This document shows positions 1-11,564 of a stretch of 64,000 nucleotides of DNA, piece by piece. How positions within the stretch are numbered: the stretch's first letter is position 1; every line of letters begins with the position of its first letter. This DNA is from Octopus bimaculoides (lineage: Eukaryota). The DNA is taken from contig NC_068982.1 of NCBI RefSeq assembly GCF_001194135.2, positions 75,435,957 to 75,499,956 of the forward strand, read 5' to 3'. Below the pieces are notes generated by a model. It searched no databases, was not told where the DNA came from, and was given only the letters and a program-made list of their open reading frames with translations. Position numbers and translations under genes: made by a program.

Positions 1-868
1 GAATAAATAAATAAAAGGAGCAACTGTCAAGGAAATTGAGCAGTTTAAAAAAGTCAATTTGAGAGGAATGACAAATAGTAAGTCACATTTGGTAGTGATG
101 GTGGTGGAGATGACGGTAATGATGATGGTAGTGGTAGCAGTCATGATGGTGATGATGATGGTGGCGGAGATAGTGGTGAAAGATAAGTGTGTGGGTAGTG
201 GTGGTGGTGGCGATAACTGTTCTGTTCTGAGCAGATGAATTGTTATATCATTACACATTGTTTTCTTTTCCTCTCCACCACTACCACCACCACCACCATA
301 AACTACTCTATTTCTTAATTGCAATTTGTAAAGCAATTGAAGATGATTACTAAGATGAGATGGGAATGGGGAGCAGCTCTGTCACTGCCGCTAATGATTA
401 TATTATGATGATGATGATGATGATAATGAGGAAGATGATGATGATAATGAGGAAGATGATGATGATAATGATGTCAACATTAATGGTGATGTTGATAAGA
501 GGGTGAAGGGCTTGATAGCAATGATTATGCCCAATGTAATCATTGGGTCTTCTGACCATTGGCCATTCATACTGACCCTCAAATACTGGCAATTATGTTC
601 AATTCACAAACATAATTTTCTCTCTCTCTTTCCCAGGTACATCGCATCATTTTGTTGTGTAGCCCATGGTCGGCCCTGATGAGGCACATCTAAGATCAAC
701 AGTGTTCTAGCTGTTATTAGCATCTGTTTTCTCAGGCAATGTGTATCTAGGACTATATTATTGAATTATCTATCTGTCTTTCATTATGAAAGTGGGGTTC
801 AAATTGACAGAGAAAGAGAGAGAAGTTACCAAATATAATTTCTTTTCTATTTTCAAAATAATACTGAC

Positions 869-910
869 CTTGTTGGTTGTAAAGGCATCCCATACCAACA
901 TCTTGCCATC
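869..910 (-). CDS. GNB5: GNB5 third coding exon (42 nt; DGKMLVWDAFTTNK)
   Basis: Acceptor cttttatattttcag| and donor AAG|GTCAGT; phase 0/0; matches Gbeta5 DGKVIVWDSFTTNK. The next expected exon (EHAVTMP..WVMACAY) is not in 1-868, so the gene continues left of the window. Confidence 0.96.
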
Positions 911-1470
911 CTGAAAATATAAAAGACACACAAATATTAGAATACTGATGTCTTTTAAAAAGGCATATGAATTAATTTTGAAAAGACAGAGTGTACTTCA
1001 TTAAATTTACCTCAGTATATTACTGGTACTTACTAAATCAATCTTGGAGGAATGTATAACAAAATTACAGATGTAAAAATGAAATTGAATTAACTTGACT
1101 ATGAATTGAACTGTTGTTAGAAATGCAACTCCACTGATCCCACCAAACCATGGAGCTAATTTAGAGCTCTAATATATTATCTTTCAATGCTTTCTTTAGT
1201 TTGCATTTACTAATCAACAAATATACAATAAATATACAACCAATACATATACATAAATATAAACAAGTATTCTATTTTCAGTCTTAGAATAATCCCCACA
1301 CAAATTTGTTTAAATTGTTTGTACAAGATCTTTCAATCTTGTACAAACAACTGTGTATCAGTGCATCAAGATAAGATTGGTGCATCAAATGATGTAAAAT
1401 AAAGTAATGGGTCTCACAGTTGCACTGATGAAAGCAAGTTTATAATTTATAAACAAATAGAAAGTATATA

Positions 1471-1853
1471 TTGTTGGCACTCCGTCGCTTACGACACCGA
1501 GGGTTCCAGTTGATCTGATCAACGGAACAGCTTGCTCGTGAAATTAACGTGCAAGTGGCTGAGCACTCCACAGACATGTGTACCCTTAACGTAGTTCTCG
1601 GGAATATTCAACATGACACAGTGTGACAAAGCTGACCCTTTGAATTACAGGCACAACAGAAACAGGAAGTAAGAGTGAGAGAAAGCTGTGGTGAAAGAGT
1701 ACAGCAGGGTTCGCCACCATCCCCTGCCGGAGCCTCGTGGAGCTTTAGGTGTTTTCGCTCAATAAACACTCACAATGCCCGGTCTGGGAATCGAAACTGC
1801 GATCCTATAACCGCGAGTCCGCTGCCCTAACCACTGGGCCATTGCGTCTACAC
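1471..1853 (-). mobile_element. Full-length, young tRNA-derived SINE with 12-bp target-site duplication
   Basis: Minus-strand head TGGCCCAGTGGTTAGGGCAGCGGAC...GTTTCGATTCCC (box A/B); TSD agaaagtatata at 1459-1470 and 1854-1865; CpGs retained; near-identical copy at 16031-16290. Confidence 0.88.
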
Positions 1854-2639
1854 AGAAAGTATATATAAACAAGAACAAAAAACAAATATTTTATTGACAT
1901 ATATATTCATTAGTTCTGCAACACAACAGAGTTTATTCCTACTTGTGTTGCTATTTTGACAGCTAGATTCTGTGTTGCTAGTGTTAAACAGTTAAGTCAC
2001 TACTAACATTACAAGACATTTATGGTCAATACATTTCTTTCTCAACAGCCTGCATTTCAACTCAGCTGTAATATTTATTGACCTTGGGAGAATGAAAAGG
2101 TAACTTTTATCTCAGTGACATTTGAACTTGAAACACAAAGAGCTAGAAAGAATATTACAAGGGAGTCTATTTGATGTCTGATGACTGCCAATTTGCTGCC
2201 AGATATACACACATCTGTTTTGCCATGATTTCCATCACTGGATATCCTTCCTAATGCCAATCACTTTACAAAGTGTACTGAGTGTTTTTATTTGGGTGTC
2301 TCAATAAAAGCACCCAGTACACCCTGTAAAAGTGGTTGGCTTTAATTCTACAACAGATTTAGCTATAGGAACTAAGCCATCAGCATAAAGGAGCTCTTGA
2401 AGGTGACCAGTCTTTAATTCTTTGCTGGAGTTAACAAGACTATAATTTATAGAGTGGGACTCAGAAGTGAGTCCTGGTGCAATCCTAACTTCACACTGAA
2501 TTCATTACAAACTCTCACTCTACTAACTGCACCACTGTATATAGCTTGTGTGGTTCTCCCAATAGGCTTAGGCTAGATATTCTTTTATGGGACAGGAAAC
2601 AAATTTCATGGACTGTTGTAGAGATCAGCAAGTGGGAGC

Positions 2640-3016
2640 TTTTATCTTTTACTTGCTTTTGTCATTAGACTGTGGCCATGCTGGGGCACTGCCTTGATGA
2701 GTCTTTTAGTCAAATGAATTGACCCTAGTACTTATTGTTTTAAGCCTGGTACTTATTCTATCACTCTCTTTTGCCAAACTGCTATGTTATGGGGGATGCA
2801 AACACACCAGTCACCAAGTGGTGGTAGAGGACAAACACAGACACAAACGCACACACACGATGGGGCTTCTTTCAGTTTCTGTCTACCAAATCCACTCACA
2901 AGGCTTTGATGGCCTGATGCTATAGTAGAAGACACTTGTGCAAAGTGCCTCAGTGGGACAGAACCCAGAACCATGTGGTTGGAAAGCAAACTTCTTACCA
3001 CACACCCATGCCTGTG
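2640..3016 (-). mobile_element. SINE family A, full length (tRNA-like head + body + internal CA microsatellite + 3' tail)
   Basis: Head GTGGCTGTGTGGTAAGAAG...GGTTCAGTCCC; body ...CCAAAGCCTTGTGAGTGGATTTGGTAGACAGAAACTGAAAGAAGCCC. Partial copies at about 7233-7388(-), 9655-9790(-), 16333-16497(+), 28600-28755(-), 37428-37592(+), 39128-39272(+), 40846-40995(-), 47405-47555(+), 53248-53402(+), 56298-56450(-), 60648-60725(-), 60750-60892(+). Confidence 0.85.
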
Positions 3017-4220
3017 AATGTTTTTTTTCAAAAGTTGGGGACAAAGGATAAAATCAATGAAAAAAACTTACAGCTCTTATATCCAGGCAATAGATTTTCA
3101 TTTACACCTATTATTATAAGTTCACAGGGCTATGTACTATGTAATAACAGATAAACACTAAAGTATAGAAATGTTGGGCTTCTCCAAGAAAGAATAAAGC
3201 AGAATGATTCAAATTCTAATAAAAATCATTTAGTGGAACAGTGAAAAGTTTTTAAAACATTCCAAGGTTTCTCCATTTGAGGTTCCTGGACTGAACATAT
3301 ACAGTCACATGTACATATAGAGCATACACACACAAAGTAATGAAAAACATGTGTACTAAAGTGATAGGCATACCCACATGCATACACACATAACTACATA
3401 TATGCAAACACTAGTTCACTTAACCACAAACCCTAAGAGCTGTCAAAGCTTAATCAAGAGTCTTGCTACTTTATAGTGACCAACTCCTGCAAAAAGCAAA
3501 AAAAAAAAAGACTAAGAAGGTAAGAAAAGAAAAACATATATACATACATAAATTATGCATGCTTACGTGCCCACTTTGTGTAGGTGTGAGTGTGTGCATC
3601 AAAATTATTATTTGCTACTACAGTGTCCCATTGTGTTGAAATAAAGGTTTAGAAACTAGGCATGATAGGAACTGACCTAGTTAGGATATTTTACAAAACA
3701 ACATGAGGTCACTTCCAAATGACTCAGCCCTTACTTTGTTACAACAACAACAACAACAACAGCAGCAGCAGCAGCAGCAGCAACAACAACAATAGTAGTA
3801 ATAATGAATGCCCTGATACAGTACCAGGCAGTGGCTCTCATGGTTTTTGATCTTAACTGATTGGAAGTGTTACATGTACCTGTTTTGTCTTGGTATAAAA
3901 GATGGACTACAACAAATATTCTGCTCAATACCACAGATTTGCTTGACCTTAACTAATTGAGCATATCCCTTAGTGGCTGATAATATGTGCATCTCTGATC
4001 ACAAGCAGAAGTAGTTGGGGAGCATCACTGCCATGTATTGAAAGAAATTCTTTGGGGTTTGAATAATTCACCTCTGGAAACATGGGTGTTTTGTTCATCA
4101 TCCTTAAACAAACCTTATTCAGAGGCCTTTTGAGCAGGATGGGCTACTCAAACTGAAAAAAATTCTAACTGGGTCCCACCTGCAAGTTCACGTACTGTTT
4201 ATCTTGATATAGATCACCAT

Positions 4221-4689
4221 TATTTACATTCTTTACAGTTGACGGATATTTGTCCTCATCTTGTTTGTTGTTAACACAACGTTTCAGCTGATATACTCTC
4301 CAGCTTTCATCAGGTATCTTGGGGAAATTTCAAACCTGGGTTCTTGTTCCTAAGGTATTTTCTGATATTATTATTATTATTAAGGTCTTAACCACTACGC
4401 CATATGCCCATGGGCATTTGGCATAGTGGTTAAGAGCGCAGGATACTAACCCCAAGATTCCGAGTTCGATTCCAAGCAGTGACCTTAATAATTACAATAA
4501 TAATTACAATAATAATAATATCAAAAAATACCTTAAGAACGAGAACCCAGGTTCGAAATTTCCCCAAGATACCTGATGAAGGCTGCAGAGTATATCAGCC
4601 GAAGCGTGTTAACAACAAATAAGATGAGCACAAATATCCGTTGAATGTAAACAATGTACATAATTCCTCATCTTTTAAATATAGGACTG
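4221..4689. mobile_element. Head-to-head palindromic dimer of a tRNA-headed, hammerhead-tailed short element, flanked by a 13-bp direct repeat
   Basis: Arms 4221-4410 (minus, internally deleted) and 4411-4689 (plus) are inverted around GCCCATGGGC; plus arm has box A-like TGGCATAGTGG and box B-like GAGTTCGATTCC; tatagatcaccat occurs at 4208-4220 and 4690-4702. Confidence 0.7.
4273..4318 (-). ncRNA. Minimal type I hammerhead ribozyme-like motif (Penelope-type)
   Basis: Minus strand reads GAUAC-CUGAUGA-A-AGCUG(gagaguauau)CAGCU-GAAAC-GUU-GUGUU: core CUGAUGA...GAAA, 5-bp helix II, helix I GAUAC/GUGUU (two G-U pairs), and a loopless palindromic helix III (AACGUU). Confidence 0.6.
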
Positions 4690-4782
4690 TATAGATCACC
4701 ATGTCGTGCACATATGATTGTGATGCACGTGCTTGATGTAACCTTCTCAAACAGGTAGTCATGATGGGTATATTGGGTTTCG

Positions 4783-4820
<38 letters not shown>

Positions 4821-4974
4821 CTTTTCTTTATTGGCCACAAGGGCTGGATACAAGATGAAAAAGGGACAATACACCACAAGGGACAAATGGGGCTTAGCAC
4901 AAAAATTTGTGTATACAATACAAATAAAACAATAACAATTAACAACAAAACTTTTAATAATAAAATTCCTCAGG

Positions 4975-5720
4975 CAATCTGAAAGGATGCACTGAAGCTC
5001 TGACATGCAGCAACCAGGAGCAGGCTCTCTGAACTGACTACATTAAATATCATGTTGACAAAACAAAAGAATCACCATTATGTAGAATGTGAGGAACAAA
5101 GGAGAGATGGTCAGCCATCTTGTAAGCGAATGTGTTAAGTTGGTGCAGTGAGAGTACAACAGATGACATGATAATCCTGCCAGATATATTCACTGGATGA
5201 TATTTGAGGAATGTGGATTTGCAACAGCAGCTGAATGGTATGAGCAGAAATCAGAAGGGGTGTTAGAGAATAACAAACTTAAGTTTTTGTGGGACTTCAC
5301 TATTGATTGTGATAGAATGATTGAGGCAAGAAGGCCAGATATTGTAGTCATCAACAAGAAAGATAAAGAGGTCCAAATTATTGATGTCTCTATGCCAGGA
5401 GATAGCAGAATGAATGATAAAGAGAGCATGAAAAGATGGAAAAGTATGAGCCACTGAGGAGGTTGGAAAGTTGTTGGGGATGAAGATCTCGGTGATTCCA
5501 GTGGCAATCAGAGCACTGGGATGCATATCGGACAGTTTTCGGTGAATGTGTAAATAAAATCGGAATTGATGCAAGATTACAAGTCACGCAGACAACAGTA
5601 TTTCTTTGTACAGCAAGGATATTAAGGAAAGTTTTGAAAGGCACAGGAGAACAAGTAGTAAGGGACCTTTGTCAACTTGTTGACTGCTCTGTATTGAAAT
5701 GTCTGAACTGCTTAACATCT
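4975..5720 (+). mobile_element. R4/Dong-type non-LTR retrotransposon 3' remnant (zinc knuckle + restriction-like endonuclease)
   Basis: Frameshifted PLCRM*..SHLVSEC..EY.R.HD...YIHW knuckle followed by KFLWDFTIDCDRMIEARRPDIVVINKKDKEVQIIDVSMPGD (RPD...IID RLE motif). Confidence 0.8.
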
Positions 5721-5902
5721 AAGTGTCTGAGATTTACAAAAATCAAACAATAATGTTAATGATGATAATGATAATAATTATTTCTGATTTAGGCACAAGG
5801 TTGGCAATTTTAAGAAGTGGAGTTGGTGAATATTATCAACCTGGTAATTTATTTTATCCACCCTGAAAAAAGAATGAAAGGCAAAGTTTGAACCCAGCAG
5901 GT

Positions 5903-6727
5903 TGAGGAACTAGCAGAGAAGCTTGGATTTGGCCATTCAACCATTCATCGATATCTGTGTGCCATAGGAAAAGTCAGAAAATTGGGTCACAAACTTTCCG
6001 AGTCTAATCGTGCACAGAGAGTGAATGTGTGCTCTTCTTTGCTGTCACATCTCACAAATGAACCTTTTTGTGACTGATGACGAGAAATGGGTTCTCTATA
6101 AAAATGTCAAGTGCTGAAGACAGTGGGTGGGGAAAGGAGAAACACTGGCACACCAGGTTAAAGAAGGTCTTCAACCATGTACAATGTTGTTATCTGTTTG
6201 GTGGGATATGAAAAGTTTAGTTCACTTTGAACTTTTAAATTTAAACTAAATGATAACAAAGGATATCTACTGTGAGCAGCTTGAGCAGCCTAAGTCAACG
6301 CTAGAAGAAAAACGACCATCTTTGGTTTCAAGACGAAAGGTGTTCTTTCATCAGAATAATGCTCGGCCACATACAGCAAGGATAACATTCCAAAGGCTGG
6401 AGTAGTTTGAATGGGAAATGATGCCCCACTCACCATATTCGGTGGACATTGCCCCATATAATTACCATTTATTCTGCAGTCTTCAAAATTATTTGGACAA
6501 AAAATATGAATTCTGTATACGAGGTCAGAACAGTACAGGAGGAGTATTTTTGTTCACGGACAAGTGAATTTTGGAAGAGGGGCTTTGCAAGTCTACCAGA
6601 TAGATGGAAGAGCATTGTAGAAAATGAAGGAGAGTAGATTTTAGATTTAAAAAGAACTTTGTTTATCTTAATTTTGAAAAATAAAAGAAGTATAAAAAAA
6701 CTGCATTATTTATGGGATAACCCAATA
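5903..6727 (+). mobile_element. Decayed mariner (DD34D) transposase with right TIR
   Basis: EELAEKLGFGHSTIHRYL (HTH), TDDEKWVLY, FHQNNARPHT, PHSPYSVDIAPYNYHLF, SLPDRWKSIVENEGE*; multiple stops and frameshifts; TIR-like end ...ttatgggataacccaata. Confidence 0.9.
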
Positions 6728-7384
6728 TTTAGAATGTAACAACAGAGGCATTGAGAAACACATAAGTCTTTTGTAAATAATAAATATCAAATGTCAATGA
6801 GCTATAAATGATATAATACATAATACACAGGGTTAAAAATCCTGCAAGCAGCTTTCTGCCTTTTTTCTGCCCAAGGGGTCTTTAGCACTTTGTTTTATGA
6901 GCTGGATTAGCCCTTTATTTTATATAGCTGGATTGGAATTCAAGATGTATGATTAATAGAAGACTTAATCTTAATTATAAATTATAAATAACAATGTACC
7001 AATATATATCATTATTTTAACATCTCCTTTCCCATACTTGCATGGGTTGGTTGGAATTTGTTGATGTAGATGTTCTATAGTCAAATGCCCAACTTGAAGC
7101 AACCTCTCACCAGTTTCCAAGCAAGGTCATATCTTTCATCACTTGTATGATGACATTCATTTACAACTGTCATGTGATGTCAAGATAAAGGGACAAACAC
7201 ATACATACTCATATGTATAAATATATATATAATAGGCTTTCAGTTTCTGTCAACCAAACCTACTAATAAGGCTTTGGTCAGCTCAGGGGTATAGGAGATA
7301 TTTATCCAAGGTACCATTGAATAGGAATGAACCTGGAACCACATAGTTAGGACATAAGCTAGGTTCTTGACCACACAGCCAAGC

Positions 7385-7425
<41 letters not shown>

Positions 7426-7721
7426 TGCATGCTTGTATATATATGAAAGCAAAACTGAAGAAAGGTGAGAAAACTGTATGTAGAGGGATGAAGGGATCAA
7501 TTATTGGGAAATATTATTTCTCCTTCAGATGTGACTGGACATCTATATGCATTTTACAGCTATGTCTCTGTTGCAAGGTCAGGTCATCTGTGACTCATAA
7601 CACTGATCAATAATCAATCAATCGCCATTAAAATCTGCGTATCTATAAATCATAGCCATTTCCACAAGTTGCAGTCATACAAAGCAAATCTTAGAAATAA
7701 CACTCTGTCTCATTAACTTAC

Positions 7722-7858
7722 CTGAGATGAGCTAACTATGTGTCGTTTATCGGTTGACCAATCCATGCATAGAACTTTACCCTGGTGACCCTTCAGTTGT
7801 CGACGAGGTTTTATGCTTAATGAAGGTACATTCTCTAGTTTCTGTGCTACCACCGTCA
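7722..7858 (-). CDS. GNB5: GNB5 second coding exon (137 nt; (M)[45 protein letters not shown])
   Basis: Acceptor ttcttattgtag| and donor CAG|GTAAGT. Contains [23 protein letters not shown], the first WD40 repeat; KVLCMDW is Gbeta5-type rather than the Gbeta1-4 type KIYAMHW. Confidence 0.97.
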
Positions 7859-8159
7859 CTACAATAAGAAGGGTGATATAAAAATATAAATAGTGTTTAA
7901 AGAAAATGATATTTGAAATATTCAGATTATATATGAGTAAACTGCATTTAAAATTTCATTCACAGTAAAACATGCTTAAAAGACAGTTTATGTCCTATCA
8001 TACATTACTCCCTTAACACCTAACACAAAGTCACTTTCCCCTTTACTTGCGACTCCACTCAGTTGAGGGGTCTTCTCTTTTCTTGCAAGTTATTTGGCAA
8101 CCTTACTAGCACTAGAGTCATGAAAAAATCTCATTGTACACTGTAAAAAGTCTGGTATT

Positions 8160-8240
8160 AACAACAAACAAGATGAAGACAAATATCCATCAAATGCAAA
8201 TAATGTACATAATTCTTCATCTCTCAAATATAGAACTGTA
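8160..8240 (+). mobile_element. Solo 3' tail fragment of the hammerhead-tailed element family
   Basis: aacaaacaagatgaagacaaatatcc...aatgtacataattcttcatctctcaaatatagaactgta closely matches 4612-4691. Confidence 0.7.
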
Positions 8241-9089
8241 TGGATTGGATAGTTTGACAGGATTCAGCAAGCTACAATGTCAGGCTTAGCATGGTTTCTA
8301 CAACCAAATGCCCTCCATCATGCCAACCACTTTAGTGTGTACTGGATGGCTTTCTCATCCCACCAGCACTAGTGAGGTCATTAAGTAATTTGCAAGACAT
8401 GAAAAAGATAAAACCCCCTTGACTAAGTGTGTGTGTGTGTGGGGGGGGGGAATTATTTGAGAGGTGGGGGTGGCTTTATGCTAGGTGTTGAATGCTTAAA
8501 GTATGATAGAGAGACCAATGCAGGTGTCTTGATATAGAGAGGATGGCAACTCCACATTATATGAGGGTGGGTGAGAGTAAATGGAAAGAAGATAAGATGG
8601 TATAAGTGTATGTGTGTGTGAAGAAACTTATATGACTAAGTTTCAATTTGTATTAGTTTAGTCAAAGTATCAAGTTTGTTTGGCAGATCACATGTGGAAA
8701 ATGTTAACATTCTCTGGCAGAACGAATGGCATTAAAAAAAGCACAAACAAAAACAGAGACTGGTTTACAGTAGCTCCATTGGTTTATTAACTAGTTTCTG
8801 TAAAATAGGTAAACATTTGAGAAATCTCACATTACCAACTGGAAATACAGTTTTAAAATAAGATTCTCAATGTTCCATCTGTGTTCTCTAAGTTAATTTT
8901 ATACAGAAAGATGTTACAGTAGAATGGTAAAAATTTGCCACTTTATTCTTGTTTCAATACTCAATTTATTACCAGATTCAAAGTGGCTAATTACCAATTG
9001 TTGGTTTTACATGTGTTTTTCTGGAGTAGTATGTGTTGGATAAATGCATATTATTGGGGTATTGCATTTACAGTCAGATGCTCTCTCTG

Positions 9090-9250
9090 TCACAAACCCT
9101 TACTTGTTTTACAAAGAGGAGTTTATGACTGGCTGTCCATGGGAACTCCTATATATTCATAACCACTTTTTTCTAATACAAGAATCTGTGGAAGTTTTGG
9201 AAAGGAAACTAAACTATAGTAAACTGAGTGGATTGGAGCAAAGTGAAATG
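9090..9250 (+). mobile_element. RTE LINE reverse-transcriptase fragment
   Basis: EEFMTGCPWELLY matches EEFKTGCPWEHLYVDD of the 58-60 kb RTE copy. Confidence 0.65.
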
Positions 9251-10629
9251 AAATGCCTTCTTTAAGAGAATAATTTATTGATCAGCCAGCATGTGATCTT
9301 AAGCATAACATGCTAACCACAAGTGTATGAAGAAGAGGTAAACACTTAACACTTTGTTATCTGGTAATTTTCAGGCTTTAAATATTTTAGATAGATGCTT
9401 CCCTAACTGCTTAAATACAAGTGTGTGATCATCACCTTCATCACTGTTTTAACATCCACTTTTCCATGCTTGCATGGGTCAGACAAAATTTATTGAAGCA
9501 GATTTTCTACAGCCAAATGTCCTTCCTGTCACCAACTCTCACTGCTTCTCACACAGGTAACATTTCTCAATGGCCAAACATATTTTTGTAGAATATTGGA
9601 AGTGAATGACACCCATTTACAATCATTATGTGTTGTCAAGAAAAGGACACACATGACCGGCTTCTTTCAGTTTCTGTCTACCAAATTTAACCACAAGGTC
9701 TTGGTTGGCCCAGAGCTATGACAGAAGACACCTATCTGGAGTGGAACTGAACCTGAAACCAGTTGGAATGCAAACTTAAACACGCAGCCAATATAACTAT
9801 ATAGCATAATCATTTCACATACAGATTCCATGCTGGCATGGTCCGGATGGTTTGACAGGATCAGATGGGTCTAAGGACAGCATTGTGCTACAGTGTCTGC
9901 TTTGGCCTAGTTTTTATGGCTGAATGTCTTTCCTAACACCATATGCCTACTTGCCTGCCTGACTGCATGCATGCATGTATATATGTATGTATGCTTGCAT
10001 ATATGTATGTGTCATCATCATTCATTTGATGTCTGTTTTCTATGCTGGCATGGGTTGGATGGCTTGACCAGAGCTGGCAAGCCAGAGAGTTGCACCAGGT
10101 TCTAGCCTGATTTGGCTTGGTTTCACCAACCACTTTACAGTGTGTGCTGGGTGATTTTAATGTGGCACTGCATGAGCACTGTTACACAGCACCATCATGA
10201 GCGCTTTTTACATTGCATCAGCACCGGACTCTTGCAAGCCATTGCTCTTCACCAGGGGAAGTGACCTCTGCTATGGAGTGCATATATGTATTTGCTTTTG
10301 TTTTATTGCTGTTTTTATTTTTTGATTATTAATTCTATGAACAGGGAGATGAGGGAGAAGAATGTCTATGACCTAGTAAACTTGAAATTTTGCACATTGA
10401 TACCAGGAGACAGATAAACAAAAAAATGAAAATCAGGGAGAATTTAGAATACTGCAGAGGTTTTTGGATCTGGAAAAGATTGATTTACCAAAAAGTTTTA
10501 CTGTAAGGTTTTGTAAAGTATGGGTAATGATGGTCATGACAAGTGGGGGGGGGGACATTGTAGCTGTTGTTGTCTTATTGTAATATCAATAACTACAGTG
10601 TCTAATAAATCCTTCATTTGTGACAGTAA

Positions 10630-10860
10630 GGTGGGAGCTGGCAGAAACGTTAGCACGCCGGGTGAAATGCTTAGCGGTATTTCGTCTGTTGTTATGTTCT
10701 GGGTTCAAATTCCGCCGAAGTCGACTTTGCCTTTCATCGTTTCAGGGTCAATAAATTAAGTACCAGTTACGCACTGGGGTCGATGTAATCAACTTAATTC
10801 CTTTGTCTGTCCTTGTTTGTCCCCTCTATGTTTAGCCCCTTGTGGGCAATAAAGAAATAA
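10630..10860 (+). mobile_element. SINE family B (tRNA-derived, about 230 nt)
   Basis: GAGCTGGCAGAAACGTTAGC (box A-like) ... GGGTTCAAATTCC (box B), then gtcgactttgcctttcatc...taagtaccag...ctggggtcgatgtaatc, ending aaagaaata. Confidence 0.88.
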
Positions 10861-11380
10861 GTAAGGTGGGATTTGAGGTAGTAGTCGTAGCAGCAACGGT
10901 AGTAGTAGTAGTAGTAGTTGTTGTTGTAGCAGTAGAAGACNNNNNNNNNNNNNNNNNNNNNNNNNNNNNNNNNNNNNNNNNNNNNNNNNNNNNNNNNNNN
11001 NNNNNNNNNNNNNNNNNNNNNNNNNNNNNNNNNNNNNNNNNNNNNNNNNNNNNNNNNNNNNNNNNNNNNNNNNNNNNNNNAAGCGTGTGACAGAAAGAAG
11101 GGGTATGATAAAATAATAAAAGAGAAAATGTAATCAAAATAAGTATTTTATTCTAATCATTTTGTTGTTTTATGTTTGTTAGTTGTGTATTTGTTTTGTT
11201 TTGTTTTAAACGATTTCTTTGAAACAGCTCTGCTATTCTCTCTCTACTTGGCTGTTTTACTTATTTGCTAATGACAACTGGAGACAAACTGTTGGTGATA
11301 GGGTTGGGGGTCGGAGAATAGTGAGCAGAGGTGTGGTGGAGTGGAAAGACAAGGGTTGTACAAGATAAGGGATGTGTACA

Positions 11381-11564
11381 AGATATGAGAGAGAGAGAGA
11401 AACACAGAGAGAGATGGTGAGCTACATAGTAGGTAGATAGGTAGGTAGCTAAGTAGATGGCTAGCTAGCAAGACTGATAGATGGCTGGCTAGCTAGCTAG
11501 CTATCAGTCTTACTAGCTAGCCATCTACCTACTATGTAGCTAGCCATCTCTCTCTCTCATATCT
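11381..11564. repeat. Fold-back palindrome within a TAGC/GATA low-complexity tract (tract spans about 11380-11830)
   Basis: ctatcagtcttactagctagccatctacctactatgtagc (11501-11540) is the reverse complement of the sequence left of the 11481-11500 loop. Confidence 0.75.

Larger units (their letters stand above)
3805..4790. repeat. Older interspersed repeat-like segment interrupted by the 4221-4689 insertion
   Basis: Mixed-composition segment bounded by a (CAA/CAG)n tract and an (AAT)n tract; reads continuously across the 13-bp duplication. Family not identified. Confidence 0.35.
911..7721 (-). other. GNB5: GNB5 intron between coding exons 2 and 3 (6,811 nt, phase 0)
   Basis: GTAAGT donor at 7721 and TTTTCAG acceptor ending at 911. 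Confidence 0.93.

Noticed and set aside
675-700. Other CTGATGA occurrences (about 676, 6073, 46595, 63182) as hammerheads
   Set aside because: No helix II followed by GAAA at the right spacing.
4411-4480. Possible tRNA gene (also the heads at about 1790-1850, 10630-10720, 39282-39350)
   Set aside because: Box A/B are present but there is no complete cloverleaf or acceptor stem, and each head is fused to a repeated body, so these are SINE heads.
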